Below are positions 11,393-20,220 of a stretch of 64,000 nucleotides of DNA, one piece after another. Location: contig CAXXHA010000039.1 of the NCBI GenBank assembly GCA_963662265.2, positions 24,598-88,597 on the forward strand, read 5' to 3'. Position numbers and translations under genes: made by a program. Numbering within the stretch: position 1 is the stretch's first letter; each line of letters starts with the position of its first letter. The notes under the pieces were generated by a model. That model was not told where the DNA came from and ran no database searches. It saw only the letters and a list, made by a program, of their open reading frames with translations. This stretch comes from Spirochaetia bacterium. Its GTDB lineage: Bacteria; Spirochaetota; Spirochaetia; CADAEX01.

Positions 11393-11459
11393 ATCAGTCT
11401 CCTTTATTGGACGCCTCCCTGTTATTCCGATTATTCAGGAAGGTTGCTTATTAATATGT

Positions 11460-11511
11460 CGAATATATATTCGTTTAAGTAATTATCGTCGAGTATATAT
11501 TCGATTGTCAA
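11460..11511 (-). promoter_or_regulatory. Sigma70 promoter (TTGACA-18-GATAAT) with two palindromic CGA(A/G)TATATATTCG operators
   Basis: -35 at 11511-11506, -10 at 11487-11482; operators at 11460-11473 and 11490-11503. Confidence 0.7.
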
Positions 11512-11565
11512 GAGCTGGTTCATGCAATTGATGAAAAAAAGGGTAAATTATATAGTTGACATAAG

Positions 11566-12432
11566 ATGGCTGAATATATACAGGCAAAATCACTGGTATC
11601 AAGGTTTAAAAACGATCCTTATTTCGGGCTCAAATACAATATTAATCTCTACAGGGGGTGTCAGCACGGCTGTATATACTGTGATTCAAGGAGTGAATGC
11701 TACAGGCTGGGAGATCTTTCCAGGATACGGATAAAAGAAAATGCTCTTGATCTGCTTGCAGGGGAACTTTCAAAAATAAGGGAAAAAGGAACAATCGGTA
11801 CAGGCAGCATGAATGATCCCTATATGTCTGTGGAAAAACAAACCAGGCTTACTTCCGGTGCGCTTGATATTATAGGCCACTACAGGTTCCCGGTTCATGT
11901 AATCACTAAAAGCGATCTTGTTGTGAGGGATATAGAAAAGCTGAGATCAATCGGAAAAGTATATTCTGCCGTCTCTGTTACTGTTACAGCAGCTGATGAT
12001 TCTCTTGCTTCTGTTCTTGAACCGAATGCTCCGCCCCCTTCAAGACGTTTTGATGCAGTTAAAAAGTTATCGGAATCAGGTATTTATACTGGAATAGTTT
12101 TAACCCCGGTACTTCCTTTTATTACTGATTCAGCTGAAAACATTGAAAAAATTCTGCTTTATGCCAGTGAGTCAGGAGCTTCATATGTCCTTTTCTATCC
12201 GTCAGTGACACTGCGTGATGTCCAGAGGGAGTATTATTTAAACAGGCTTGATACAAGTTTCCCGGGACTAAGGGAAAAATATGAGAGATATTTCGGAAAT
12301 AATTATAACTGCATGGCTCCTGATCACAGATCTTTGAGCAGTTTTTTTTACAGTACAGCCGGGAAGCTGGGACTTGATACAGAAATGAAGTTTTTCAGGA
12401 GCCCCTCAGCTTCCCAGCTTGAACTGTTCTGA
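11566..12432 (+). CDS. Radical SAM protein, SplB-like DNA-repair family
   Basis: NLYRGCQHGCIYCD CX3CX2C; GSMNDPY; ITKSDLV.RD; ends QLELF (clamp-binding-like). Confidence 0.9.
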   Translation: MAEYIQAKSLVSRFKNDPYFGLKYNINLYRGCQHGCIYCDSRSECYRLGDLSRIRIKENALDLLAGELSKIREKGTIGTGSMNDPYMSVEKQTRLTSGALDIIGHYRFPVHVITKSDLVVRDIEKLRSIGKVYSAVSVTVTAADDSLASVLEPNAPPPSRRFDAVKKLSESGIYTGIVLTPVLPFITDSAENIEKILLYASESGASYVLFYPSVTLRDVQREYYLNRLDTSFPGLREKYERYFGNNYNCMAPDHRSLSSFFYSTAGKLGLDTEMKFFRSPSASQLELF

Positions 12433-12559
12433 AATCCGGTTCATATAATTTCTTCTTCCATCTGACAGAACTATCGAATTCCCTTAGATTCATATTTTAC
12501 GTGCTTTTTTAAAATATTCCTGAAATCCGGTAAAAATATTTCTGTCTGGTATAAAATAA

Positions 12560-13447
12560 CTACTTTTTCCTGATTACAGGAATATAGATATCCACCTCGC
12601 AGTTTTCATCGCCTGTAACCCGCTCATCATAATATTCAAACTCAGGTGTATCTGACCTGACATAATCCGAGTTCTGAAGCCATTCCCCGTATATATATCC
12701 GACCATATTCTGAACAGAGGAGGGGATTTTTCCTTTTGCAGTGAAAACAGCATATTCTGCTTCAGGAATTGTTTTTGCAATAAGTCCGGGAGGAATATTT
12801 TCATGAGAAGTAACTTCATAAGCGATAATATATGCAAAAGTTCCTTCTGCAAAATTGTAATCATCACAAATCCCGTAACATACTTTCATGTCTTTTTTGG
12901 CAGGTATTTTATCGGCAGTTTTTTCACTCATAAACTGGTCCCAGAACTGCGGTATCTGCTTGAAATTGCTTCCGTCTACCGTACATGTATTAAGCTGGGC
13001 TCCTATAATTTTAATTTCTCCCATTTTTTTAATGACAGGTTCCATTGACTGTATCTCCCTTGTATCTGTTTTAAGGATTTTTTCAACATCAAGCCGTTCA
13101 AGCGCCATTGTGTAGACATTGTTTTTCCGGTATTTTCCCGGAGTAACGCTGTATTCATTTTTAAATGCCCGGGTAAATGATTCCTGTGATTCATACTGAA
13201 GATCCATTGCAATATCTATGATTCTCTTTCCTGTATAAAGCAGCTGATATGCAGCACTGGTAAGTCTTCTTTTTCTTGCATACTGCATTACACTGTAGCC
13301 TGAAATCATCATGAAAAGACGGTGGAAATGATAAAGCGAGCAGTTTGCAATTTCCGCGGCATCTTCAACCCTGAAATTATCAAACAGCCTTGTTTCAATA
13401 TAGTCCACAGCAAGCTGTATCCGGGAGATGTTGTTGTTTTCCTTCAT
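12560..13447 (-). CDS. AraC family regulator with GyrI-like effector domain
   Basis: SLYHFHRLF, YESQESFTRAFK; C-terminal IP.FW..YAVF..WL..FEYY..IYIPV. Confidence 0.92.
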   Translation of the reverse strand: MKENNNISRIQLAVDYIETRLFDNFRVEDAAEIANCSLYHFHRLFMMISGYSVMQYARKRRLTSAAYQLLYTGKRIIDIAMDLQYESQESFTRAFKNEYSVTPGKYRKNNVYTMALERLDVEKILKTDTREIQSMEPVIKKMGEIKIIGAQLNTCTVDGSNFKQIPQFWDQFMSEKTADKIPAKKDMKVCYGICDDYNFAEGTFAYIIAYEVTSHENIPPGLIAKTIPEAEYAVFTAKGKIPSSVQNMVGYIYGEWLQNSDYVRSDTPEFEYYDERVTGDENCEVDIYIPVIRKK

Positions 13448-13668
13448 GGAGATATCCTATCAGTATTTAAATATCACTTTTTGATATTTTGTGCTTTTTT
13501 AAAAGGTTGATAAAGTAATCTGCTGTGAAATCATTATTTCAATAACAGCTTTCTGTCTAAGAATAATAGGTTTGAAAACGGTAGACAATGGTTTTTTATA
13601 TTTAAAATATGATAGTGGACAATAAGTATATATTTAAAGTATCATTTATAAAAACTTTGGAAGTAATA

Positions 13669-14319
13669 ATGGAAAGAATGAAGACAATCAAGGAACAGGT
13701 CTATGAAAAGTTAAAAAGTGATATTCTTAACGGGACTTACAAGCCTGGCGAACGTATACAGGAACTGAAGATTGCTAAAAAACTGAATGTCAGCAGATCT
13801 CCGGTTCGTGAGGCTATAAAGGAACTTATCGGTGAAGGGCTGCTTGTAAGTGTCCCTAATAAAAGCATAACTGTAAAAAAGCTGAGTGTTAAAGAAATTA
13901 AAGATATTTTTGATTTCAGGAATATTACAGAAAAATATGCAATAGAAAAAACTATAGATAACCTGGACGACAGAATAATAAAAAGACTTGAATCAATTAA
14001 ATCTGATTTCAAGAAACTGTATGAGGATGATGATCTTCACAGATACTGCAAGGTAGATTCCGAATTTCATAATTACCTTATCAAATCATCGGGTAATGCT
14101 CTGCTTCACCAGGTTGTAAGCAATGTTATGGCTCTTATTGAGCAGTTCCGTGTTATTTCTCTCAGCAGTAATCAGCGTTTTGAAGAATCAATTGACGAAC
14201 ATGTGACAATAATTGACAGTATCCTTAAGAAAGATAAAAAAAATGCATGCTCTGTATGTATCCGCCATCTCGATCTTGCCAAGGATGAAATCATTTCCTA
14301 TCTGAATAATAAAAAATAA
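13669..14319 (+). CDS. GntR family regulator (FCD domain)
   Basis: LNVSRSPVREAIKEL HTH; DSEFH..SGN..EH..I..H FCD residues. Confidence 0.93.
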   Translation: MERMKTIKEQVYEKLKSDILNGTYKPGERIQELKIAKKLNVSRSPVREAIKELIGEGLLVSVPNKSITVKKLSVKEIKDIFDFRNITEKYAIEKTIDNLDDRIIKRLESIKSDFKKLYEDDDLHRYCKVDSEFHNYLIKSSGNALLHQVVSNVMALIEQFRVISLSSNQRFEESIDEHVTIIDSILKKDKKNACSVCIRHLDLAKDEIISYLNNKK

Positions 14320-14353
14320 ATAAATAAAAAAATACGCATTAGCTGGAATTGTC

Positions 14354-14399
14354 TTGACAACTTTATTATGTATAATGTATACATTATACATAATAAAGT
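14354..14399 (+). promoter_or_regulatory. TTGACA -35 box followed by a perfect 40-bp palindrome (candidate GntR operator)
   Basis: ACTTTATTATGTATAATGTA|TACATTATACATAATAAAGT at 14360-14399, centre TGTATACA. Confidence 0.75.
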
Positions 14400-14428
14400 A
14401 TGCAAATAAGATAATTACGGAGTCAGCT

Positions 14429-15706
14429 GTGAAAAAAAGCTTTAAATTACCCTATGACAACAGATTCCTTCAGCTGGAACTTGAAGAGTCTCAACTGGCT
14501 GGAGTTTTAACAGCAAATCATGCTCATGGCGGGGCAGACAAATCAGAAACTGATATTGTAAAAGACGCACTTGCAAACCCTGTCTCTTCACCCCGCTTAT
14601 CCGAACTGTCAGCCGGAAAGAATAAAATTGTCTTAATTACAAGCGATCATACAAGGGCAGTTCCCAGTGCAATAACCATGCCTCTTATTCTTGAAGAAAT
14701 CAGAAAAGGTAATTCTGATGCTGATATAACTGTACTTGTTGCTACCGGTCTGCACCGGGGTATGACTGATGATGAGAAGAAAGATAAATTCGGAATTGAA
14801 ATATATAAGAATGAAAAAATCATAAACCATGATGCTGATGACAGGGAAAACCTTGTTTATCTCGGAGATCTGCCGTCTGGAAGCAAGTGCGAGATAAACA
14901 GGATTGCCTATGAGGCAGATCTTGTCATTGCGGAGGGATTTATTGAGCCCCATTTTTTTGCAGGTTTTTCAGGCGGAAGAAAAAGCATACTTCCGGGAAT
15001 TGCGTCAAAAGAGTGTGTTAATATCAACCATTCTTCTGTTGCAATTGCAAGCAGCAAGGCAAGAAACGGTGTTCTTGATGGAAATCCCATACATGAAGAT
15101 ATGGTCAGGGCTGCAGAGCTTGCAAATCTCTCCTTTATCCTGAATGTGCTTCTCGATGAAAACAAGAAAATAATTGCTGCCTATTCAGGCAACTTTAAAA
15201 AGGCTCATAAGAAGGGATGTGAACATCTTATGGGTATGTGTTCCGTGAAAGCGGTTAAATCAGATATTGTCATAACAACCAACGGGGGATATCCGCTTGA
15301 CCAGAACCTTTACCAGTGTCCCAAGGGGCTTGCTGCTGCAGCTGACTGTGTAAATGATGACGGAATAATAATTCTCGCGGCTGGCTGCAAGGATGGTCTG
15401 GGAGGTGAGAACTTCGGATCTATGATGCTGAAGGGGACACCGGAAGAACTGATGGAAATGGTTCTTTCCATTGAGCCTGAAAAAACAATTTCAGAACAGT
15501 GGTGTGTTCAGAGATTTGCCGAACAGCTTATGAAAACAAAAATCATCCTTGTAACCGAGTACCTTGATAAGGAACTGGTTGAAAGGATGAAGTTTATACA
15601 TGCTTCAAATTTAACTGAAGCTCTTGAAAAAGCATACAAAATTAAAGGTCATGACTCAAAGATAACAGTAATACCTGACGGTGTTGCTGTAATAACCAGG
15701 AGGTAG
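14429..15706 (+). CDS. larA: Nickel-pincer-dependent LarA-family racemase/epimerase
   Basis: SDHTRAVP, ATGLHR, IEPHFFAGFSGGRKSILPG, GNPIHEDM, GGYPLDQNLYQ, C-terminal IPDGV; GTG start after GGAG. Confidence 0.93.
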   Translation: MKKSFKLPYDNRFLQLELEESQLAGVLTANHAHGGADKSETDIVKDALANPVSSPRLSELSAGKNKIVLITSDHTRAVPSAITMPLILEEIRKGNSDADITVLVATGLHRGMTDDEKKDKFGIEIYKNEKIINHDADDRENLVYLGDLPSGSKCEINRIAYEADLVIAEGFIEPHFFAGFSGGRKSILPGIASKECVNINHSSVAIASSKARNGVLDGNPIHEDMVRAAELANLSFILNVLLDENKKIIAAYSGNFKKAHKKGCEHLMGMCSVKAVKSDIVITTNGGYPLDQNLYQCPKGLAAAADCVNDDGIIILAAGCKDGLGGENFGSMMLKGTPEELMEMVLSIEPEKTISEQWCVQRFAEQLMKTKIILVTEYLDKELVERMKFIHASNLTEALEKAYKIKGHDSKITVIPDGVAVITRR

Positions 15707-15709
15707 AAA

Positions 15710-16024
15710 ATGGATAGCAAGATTAAAGCTATTAAAAACCATGACAACGATAATGTTGTCACAATTTTCGGAAATGCCGGAAAAGGAGATACAGTCGAAA
15801 TCTTTGACAAGAAAGGAAACAGAACAACCCTTGTTGTGAAAAATGATATTCCCTACGGACATAAAGCTGCGATTTCTCCTATCCAGGTAAAAGAACAGGT
15901 TACCAAATATGGTGAGGAAATCGGTATTGCAACAGTAGAAATCACTGTAGGCGAGCATGTTCATATTCACAATATTGACAGCATCAGAGGCCGGGGCGAC
16001 TGGGCTAAAGAGGGGGACAAATAA
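15710..16024 (+). CDS. UxaA family small SAF-domain subunit (SuyA-like)
   Basis: DNV..IPYGHKAA..V.KYG..IG.A...I..GEHVHIHNI.S.RG. Confidence 0.9.
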   Translation: MDSKIKAIKNHDNDNVVTIFGNAGKGDTVEIFDKKGNRTTLVVKNDIPYGHKAAISPIQVKEQVTKYGEEIGIATVEITVGEHVHIHNIDSIRGRGDWAKEGDK

Positions 16025-16026
16025 TT

Positions 16027-17187
16027 ATGAAATATATGGGATACAGAAGAGAAAACGGAAAAGTCGGTACAAGAAACCATGTTGCAGTTATTCCGGCTGT
16101 AGTATGTGCAAATGAAGTTGTTGAAAACATTGTTTACTCAACACAGAATACACAGCCGATCCTTCATCATCAGGGATGCTGCCAGACACCGCCGGATCTT
16201 GAAAGAGTTACAGACTGTCTGATCAAGGTTGGAGAGAACCCTAATGTAGGGGCAGCGCTTATCGTGAGCCTGGGATGTGAGGGTGTTGATACTGACAAAC
16301 TTGAAGAAACAATAAGAGCTACAGGAAAACCGGTAGAAAGGATAAATATTCAGGAACTTGGGGGAACAAGCGCTTCAATTCAGGCAGGGATTGATAAGGC
16401 ACAGAAGCTTGCTCTCAGTATTACGGGACAGCAGAGAGAGGAAATAGATTTTTCAGAGTTTGTAATGGGTATCAAATGCGGTGCGTCTGATACAACATCA
16501 GGAATTGCTTCAAACCCTGTTATCGGCTATGTGGCAGATAAAATTGTTGATCTGGGAGGAACAGTAATCTTCGGGGAAACAACTGAATTTATCGGTGCAG
16601 AACACATTCTCCAGAGAAGGGCAAAGAATGAACATGTTGCTTCTGAAATCAAAAGAATAGTTGATGAAATGGAAAACCGTGCAAAGGCAATTGGGGTAGA
16701 CATGAGAAAAGGTCAGCCTACACCGGGAAATATCGAGGGCGGCTTGAGCACTATCGAGGAAAAATCACTTGGCGCTATCGTGAAGTCAGGAACAAAAACT
16801 ATTGACGGTGTAATCGGTTATACAGAAGTACCGGGAGGAAAGGGCCTCTGGATCAAGGATTCTCCGGGAAGGGAAATTGAGCTTCTTTCAGGTATGGCTG
16901 TCGGTGGTTCCCAGGTAATTCTTTTTTCAACTGGCCGGGGAGCTCCCCAGGGATTTCCTGTTGTTCCTGTTATGAAGATCTGCGGTAATCCTGTTACATA
17001 TGACCGTATGTGCAAGGATATGGATGTTAATGCGGGAAGAATTGTTAACGGTGAGAAATCAATTGAACAGGTAGGAGAGGAAACTTTCGAACTGCTTGTA
17101 AAGGTTGCTTCAGGACAGATGACAAAGGGAGAAGCAATAAAATATACAAGATCAATGGATTTTTACACATTGGGCCCTGTTATTTAA
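16027..17187 (+). CDS. UxaA family dehydratase/lyase large subunit (SuyB/altronate dehydratase-like)
   Basis: GYRRENGKVGTRN, H.QGC, LGCE, KCGASD, GN..GGLSTIEEKSLG, FSTGRG.P.GFP. Confidence 0.92.
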   Translation: MKYMGYRRENGKVGTRNHVAVIPAVVCANEVVENIVYSTQNTQPILHHQGCCQTPPDLERVTDCLIKVGENPNVGAALIVSLGCEGVDTDKLEETIRATGKPVERINIQELGGTSASIQAGIDKAQKLALSITGQQREEIDFSEFVMGIKCGASDTTSGIASNPVIGYVADKIVDLGGTVIFGETTEFIGAEHILQRRAKNEHVASEIKRIVDEMENRAKAIGVDMRKGQPTPGNIEGGLSTIEEKSLGAIVKSGTKTIDGVIGYTEVPGGKGLWIKDSPGREIELLSGMAVGGSQVILFSTGRGAPQGFPVVPVMKICGNPVTYDRMCKDMDVNAGRIVNGEKSIEQVGEETFELLVKVASGQMTKGEAIKYTRSMDFYTLGPVI

Positions 17188-17231
17188 ATATCTGTAAAGA
17201 TATATAATATACAAAACATGGAGGAAATTTT

Positions 17232-18608
17232 ATGACTGACGTGAATGTTGTACGGATTATTATCGGTCTGGCGATTGCTATTGTTGCCATACTGATAATG
17301 GTTACCCGTACAAAAATACATGTTTTCCCTGCTATGATTATCAGCAGTATAATAGCAGGTTTAATTGGAGGATTGCCGGCTGCTTCAGTAATAAATGCTG
17401 TTAAGCAGGGATTTGGAGGCACTGTAGGCGGTATCGGAATTATAATCGGTTTCGGTGTAATGATGGGCGCAATATTTGAAGTCAGCGGAGCGGCCAAAAG
17501 GATGGCTCTTACCTTTATTAAACTGATGGGTAAGGGTAAGGAAGAAATTGCAATGCTGATCACAGGATTTATTGTATCAATTCCTGTATTTTGTGACTCT
17601 GCTTTTGTAGTACTTTCACCTCTTGCAAAGTCTCTTTCCCGTAATACAGGTAAAAACCTTTTGACATTAAGCTGTGCTCTTGGTACTGCACTTCTTGTAA
17701 CTCATTCCCTTGTTCCTCCCACACCAGGTCCTGTAGCGATAACAAATTATTTCAAACTGGATCTCGGTATATTCATGATTTACAGTCTCATAGCTGCTGT
17801 TCCAATAACTATTGCAGGTCTTCTTTATTCGAAATGGCTCAGTAAAAAAGTATTCAAGCTGCCTGCTCCTGAAAACCATGATGAACTGATTGACAGACCA
17901 TATACAGAAGAGGAACTTGCTTCAACTGTAAATATTCATGATGAAAAACTTCCGGGCACATTCATGTCTTTTGCTCCTATTTTTATCCCGATAGCTCTTA
18001 TTCTCCTGAGCACAGCTACATCATTACTGGATGTTAACGGTGCGACAAAAACAGTAATTAAAACACTTGGACATCCTATTGTTGCAGTGGGAATCGGTCT
18101 TTTAATTGCAATTTACGGTCTTGCAGGAAAAATTGAGAGAAAGGAAGTTGTAAATATACTTGATGATTCAATAAAGCATGCAGGTATAATAATATTTGTA
18201 ACTGGTGCAGGCGGGGCCCTTGGAATGGTTCTCAAAAGCAGCGGAGCCGGAAAAGTGATTGCAGACTGGCTTACAACAACAAATATACCGGGAATTGTAC
18301 TGCCTCTCATCATGGCATACCTGTTAAGAATTATCACAGGTTCTGCAACTGTTGGTATGCTTACAGCGGGATCAATTGCAGCTCCAATTCTTCTTACAAT
18401 GCCTGAAATTAATCCTTACATGGCTGGTCTTGCCTGCTGTATCGGATCTCTCGGTATAACAAACTTCCATGACAGTTATTTCTGGGTTGTCAACAGAACA
18501 ACAGGGGTGACAGATGTGAAGGAAATGATGTGGCACTGGTTCGGCGCTGTTCTGACTATTTCTACAACAGGTATTGTTGTACTTTTTATTATGGATCTGA
18601 TTGTTTAA
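17232..18608 (+). CDS. GntP family sugar-acid/organic-acid permease
   Basis: GFGGT, E.SGAA, IPVFCDSAFV, HSLVPPTPGP, GSATV, DSYFWVV. Confidence 0.92.
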   Translation: MTDVNVVRIIIGLAIAIVAILIMVTRTKIHVFPAMIISSIIAGLIGGLPAASVINAVKQGFGGTVGGIGIIIGFGVMMGAIFEVSGAAKRMALTFIKLMGKGKEEIAMLITGFIVSIPVFCDSAFVVLSPLAKSLSRNTGKNLLTLSCALGTALLVTHSLVPPTPGPVAITNYFKLDLGIFMIYSLIAAVPITIAGLLYSKWLSKKVFKLPAPENHDELIDRPYTEEELASTVNIHDEKLPGTFMSFAPIFIPIALILLSTATSLLDVNGATKTVIKTLGHPIVAVGIGLLIAIYGLAGKIERKEVVNILDDSIKHAGIIIFVTGAGGALGMVLKSSGAGKVIADWLTTTNIPGIVLPLIMAYLLRIITGSATVGMLTAGSIAAPILLTMPEINPYMAGLACCIGSLGITNFHDSYFWVVNRTTGVTDVKEMMWHWFGAVLTISTTGIVVLFIMDLIV

Positions 18609-18638
18609 GATCACCGATAAAATATTTCAAACAAAAAT

Positions 18639-18675
18639 AAAAAAGCACCCTGTCATGCCGGCAGGGTGCTTTTTA
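18639..18675. terminator. Intrinsic terminator, probably bidirectional
   Basis: AAAAGCACCCTG..CAGGGTGCTTTT between convergent genes. Confidence 0.85.
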
Positions 18676-18740
18676 TACCCATTATCCTGCTGTGTGAGAA
18701 AAAATATCTTTTTTTACCTGTCTTTATATCTTTAACAGGT

Positions 18741-18983
18741 TCAGGCAATAATTTTCAGTGCAATATAAGGGATAAGGTTGAAAAATAAAATAGCAACCTT
18801 GTAGAAAAGCATGCAGTTGTAGAATATAAGGTTGAACTTTTCCTCGGGAATATCATACCATTTTCCGTGAAGCCTTATTATGAAATTTTTCATGGTAGAT
18901 ATAATGAGAAAACTTATTAAAAACATCGCAAAATTGATTATTGTGCACCAGAGAAAAAAATCCTGGAGAAGTTCTAATGACAT
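18741..18983 (-). CDS. Small membrane protein (DUF6868-like)
   Basis: FF.WCTIIN..H.KW.....F....Y.....YK.....FN..PYIAL pattern; AGGAG RBS. Confidence 0.7.
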   Translation of the reverse strand: MSLELLQDFFLWCTIINFAMFLISFLIISTMKNFIIRLHGKWYDIPEEKFNLIFYNCMLFYKVAILFFNLIPYIALKIIA

Positions 18984-19146
18984 GGCAATCTCCTTTATAT
19001 TTAAATTTCAGGAATAATCTGATCATACATATTAATTATAGTGCAGCTGCGGCATAAAAAAATCTCGACAGGTGAAATTTATTTTAATATAATTGTATTA
19101 CTTTAAAAATGTACTTACAGGTAAAATAATTAAAAAGGATTAAGAT

Positions 19147-20220
19147 ATGAAAAGTAAAATTAATTCTTTTATCATCTTACTTGCTATCCTGCCAATTATT
19201 TATATTTCATGCGTAACCAAACCCGATACAGTATCAGACAATCAATCAGTTGATAACGATGCAGCAAATATTGATGCAGTAATAGAAAAACCTCTATTAA
19301 ATGTTAATTATGATTCTGAAGTAAATATTCTTTTCCATAGCGGCTGGAAAGTTTCGGCACCTCCCGAATGTACATTCATGTCACCTCTTTCTGTGAACAG
19401 AGAAAATGAGCTTTTACATGTAAACTCCGGGGATGATACACTCTTAAGCCTTTACAAATATGATATTGATTTTGTCCCTGATCATAATCTTCTTGTGAAT
19501 TATATAGATACTGAACTCAGCAGTAATAATGAAGTTGCAGATAAGGGCCTTTTTGATCTGTCCGGGAATTCCGAAATCAGGAAAAAAGGGAATTACTGGT
19601 CTTATGAAGGTAGATCGGTAATTATCGAAAAAACCGGTCAGAGTTATTTTGAATGGCGTCTTAAAAATGCTGTAAACAGCAGAAGTGCTGAAAGCCTGAT
19701 AACTGAAAGGATTATCAGGGAAGCTGATCTTATAGATGACAATGTTTCCGGCCGTCTAAGAAGTAATGGTTTTTCATTTATTTCCCACAGCAGTCCCTGG
19801 AGGTGGAGAGGAGATATTGCTGACGGCTTTCTTCTCGAGTGCCTAGTCCCTGAAAAATCACCCGGCCTGCTTGCAGTTTTCCTGAGCAACAACAAGTTTA
19901 ATGAGAATACTTCATGGTTTACAGAAATTTCAGCATCTCCTGAAAAAACATTTCCAGTGGAATTTTCTCTTAATGGCGAGAATATTATCAGTAATGTTTT
20001 AGTCAATGATGTAACTGATAATTTCGGTAGGAAACATTATACAAGGCTTATTATACCGGTAGAAGAAGATCATCTTCATGACAGGATTTCTATCATAATA
20101 TATCACGAAGTAATTGATGGTTATCAGATTGATCCAGTTGAAATATTTAATAGTGATCAGCTGCAGAAACTTCTGAAATTCTGTGTAACTCTTCCGGTCA
20201 ATGCGGAGGAAGCATTATGA
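19147..20220 (+). CDS. Hypothetical lipoprotein
   Basis: Spirochaete-type lipobox IYISC; long ORF with ATGA overlap to the next gene. Confidence 0.7.
   Translation: MKSKINSFIILLAILPIIYISCVTKPDTVSDNQSVDNDAANIDAVIEKPLLNVNYDSEVNILFHSGWKVSAPPECTFMSPLSVNRENELLHVNSGDDTLLSLYKYDIDFVPDHNLLVNYIDTELSSNNEVADKGLFDLSGNSEIRKKGNYWSYEGRSVIIEKTGQSYFEWRLKNAVNSRSAESLITERIIREADLIDDNVSGRLRSNGFSFISHSSPWRWRGDIADGFLLECLVPEKSPGLLAVFLSNNKFNENTSWFTEISASPEKTFPVEFSLNGENIISNVLVNDVTDNFGRKHYTRLIIPVEEDHLHDRISIIIYHEVIDGYQIDPVEIFNSDQLQKLLKFCVTLPVNAEEAL

Noticed and set aside
14354-14428. N-terminal extension of LarA from TTG 14354
   Set aside because: The TTG is part of the -35 box and the extension spans the operator; GTG 14429 has an RBS
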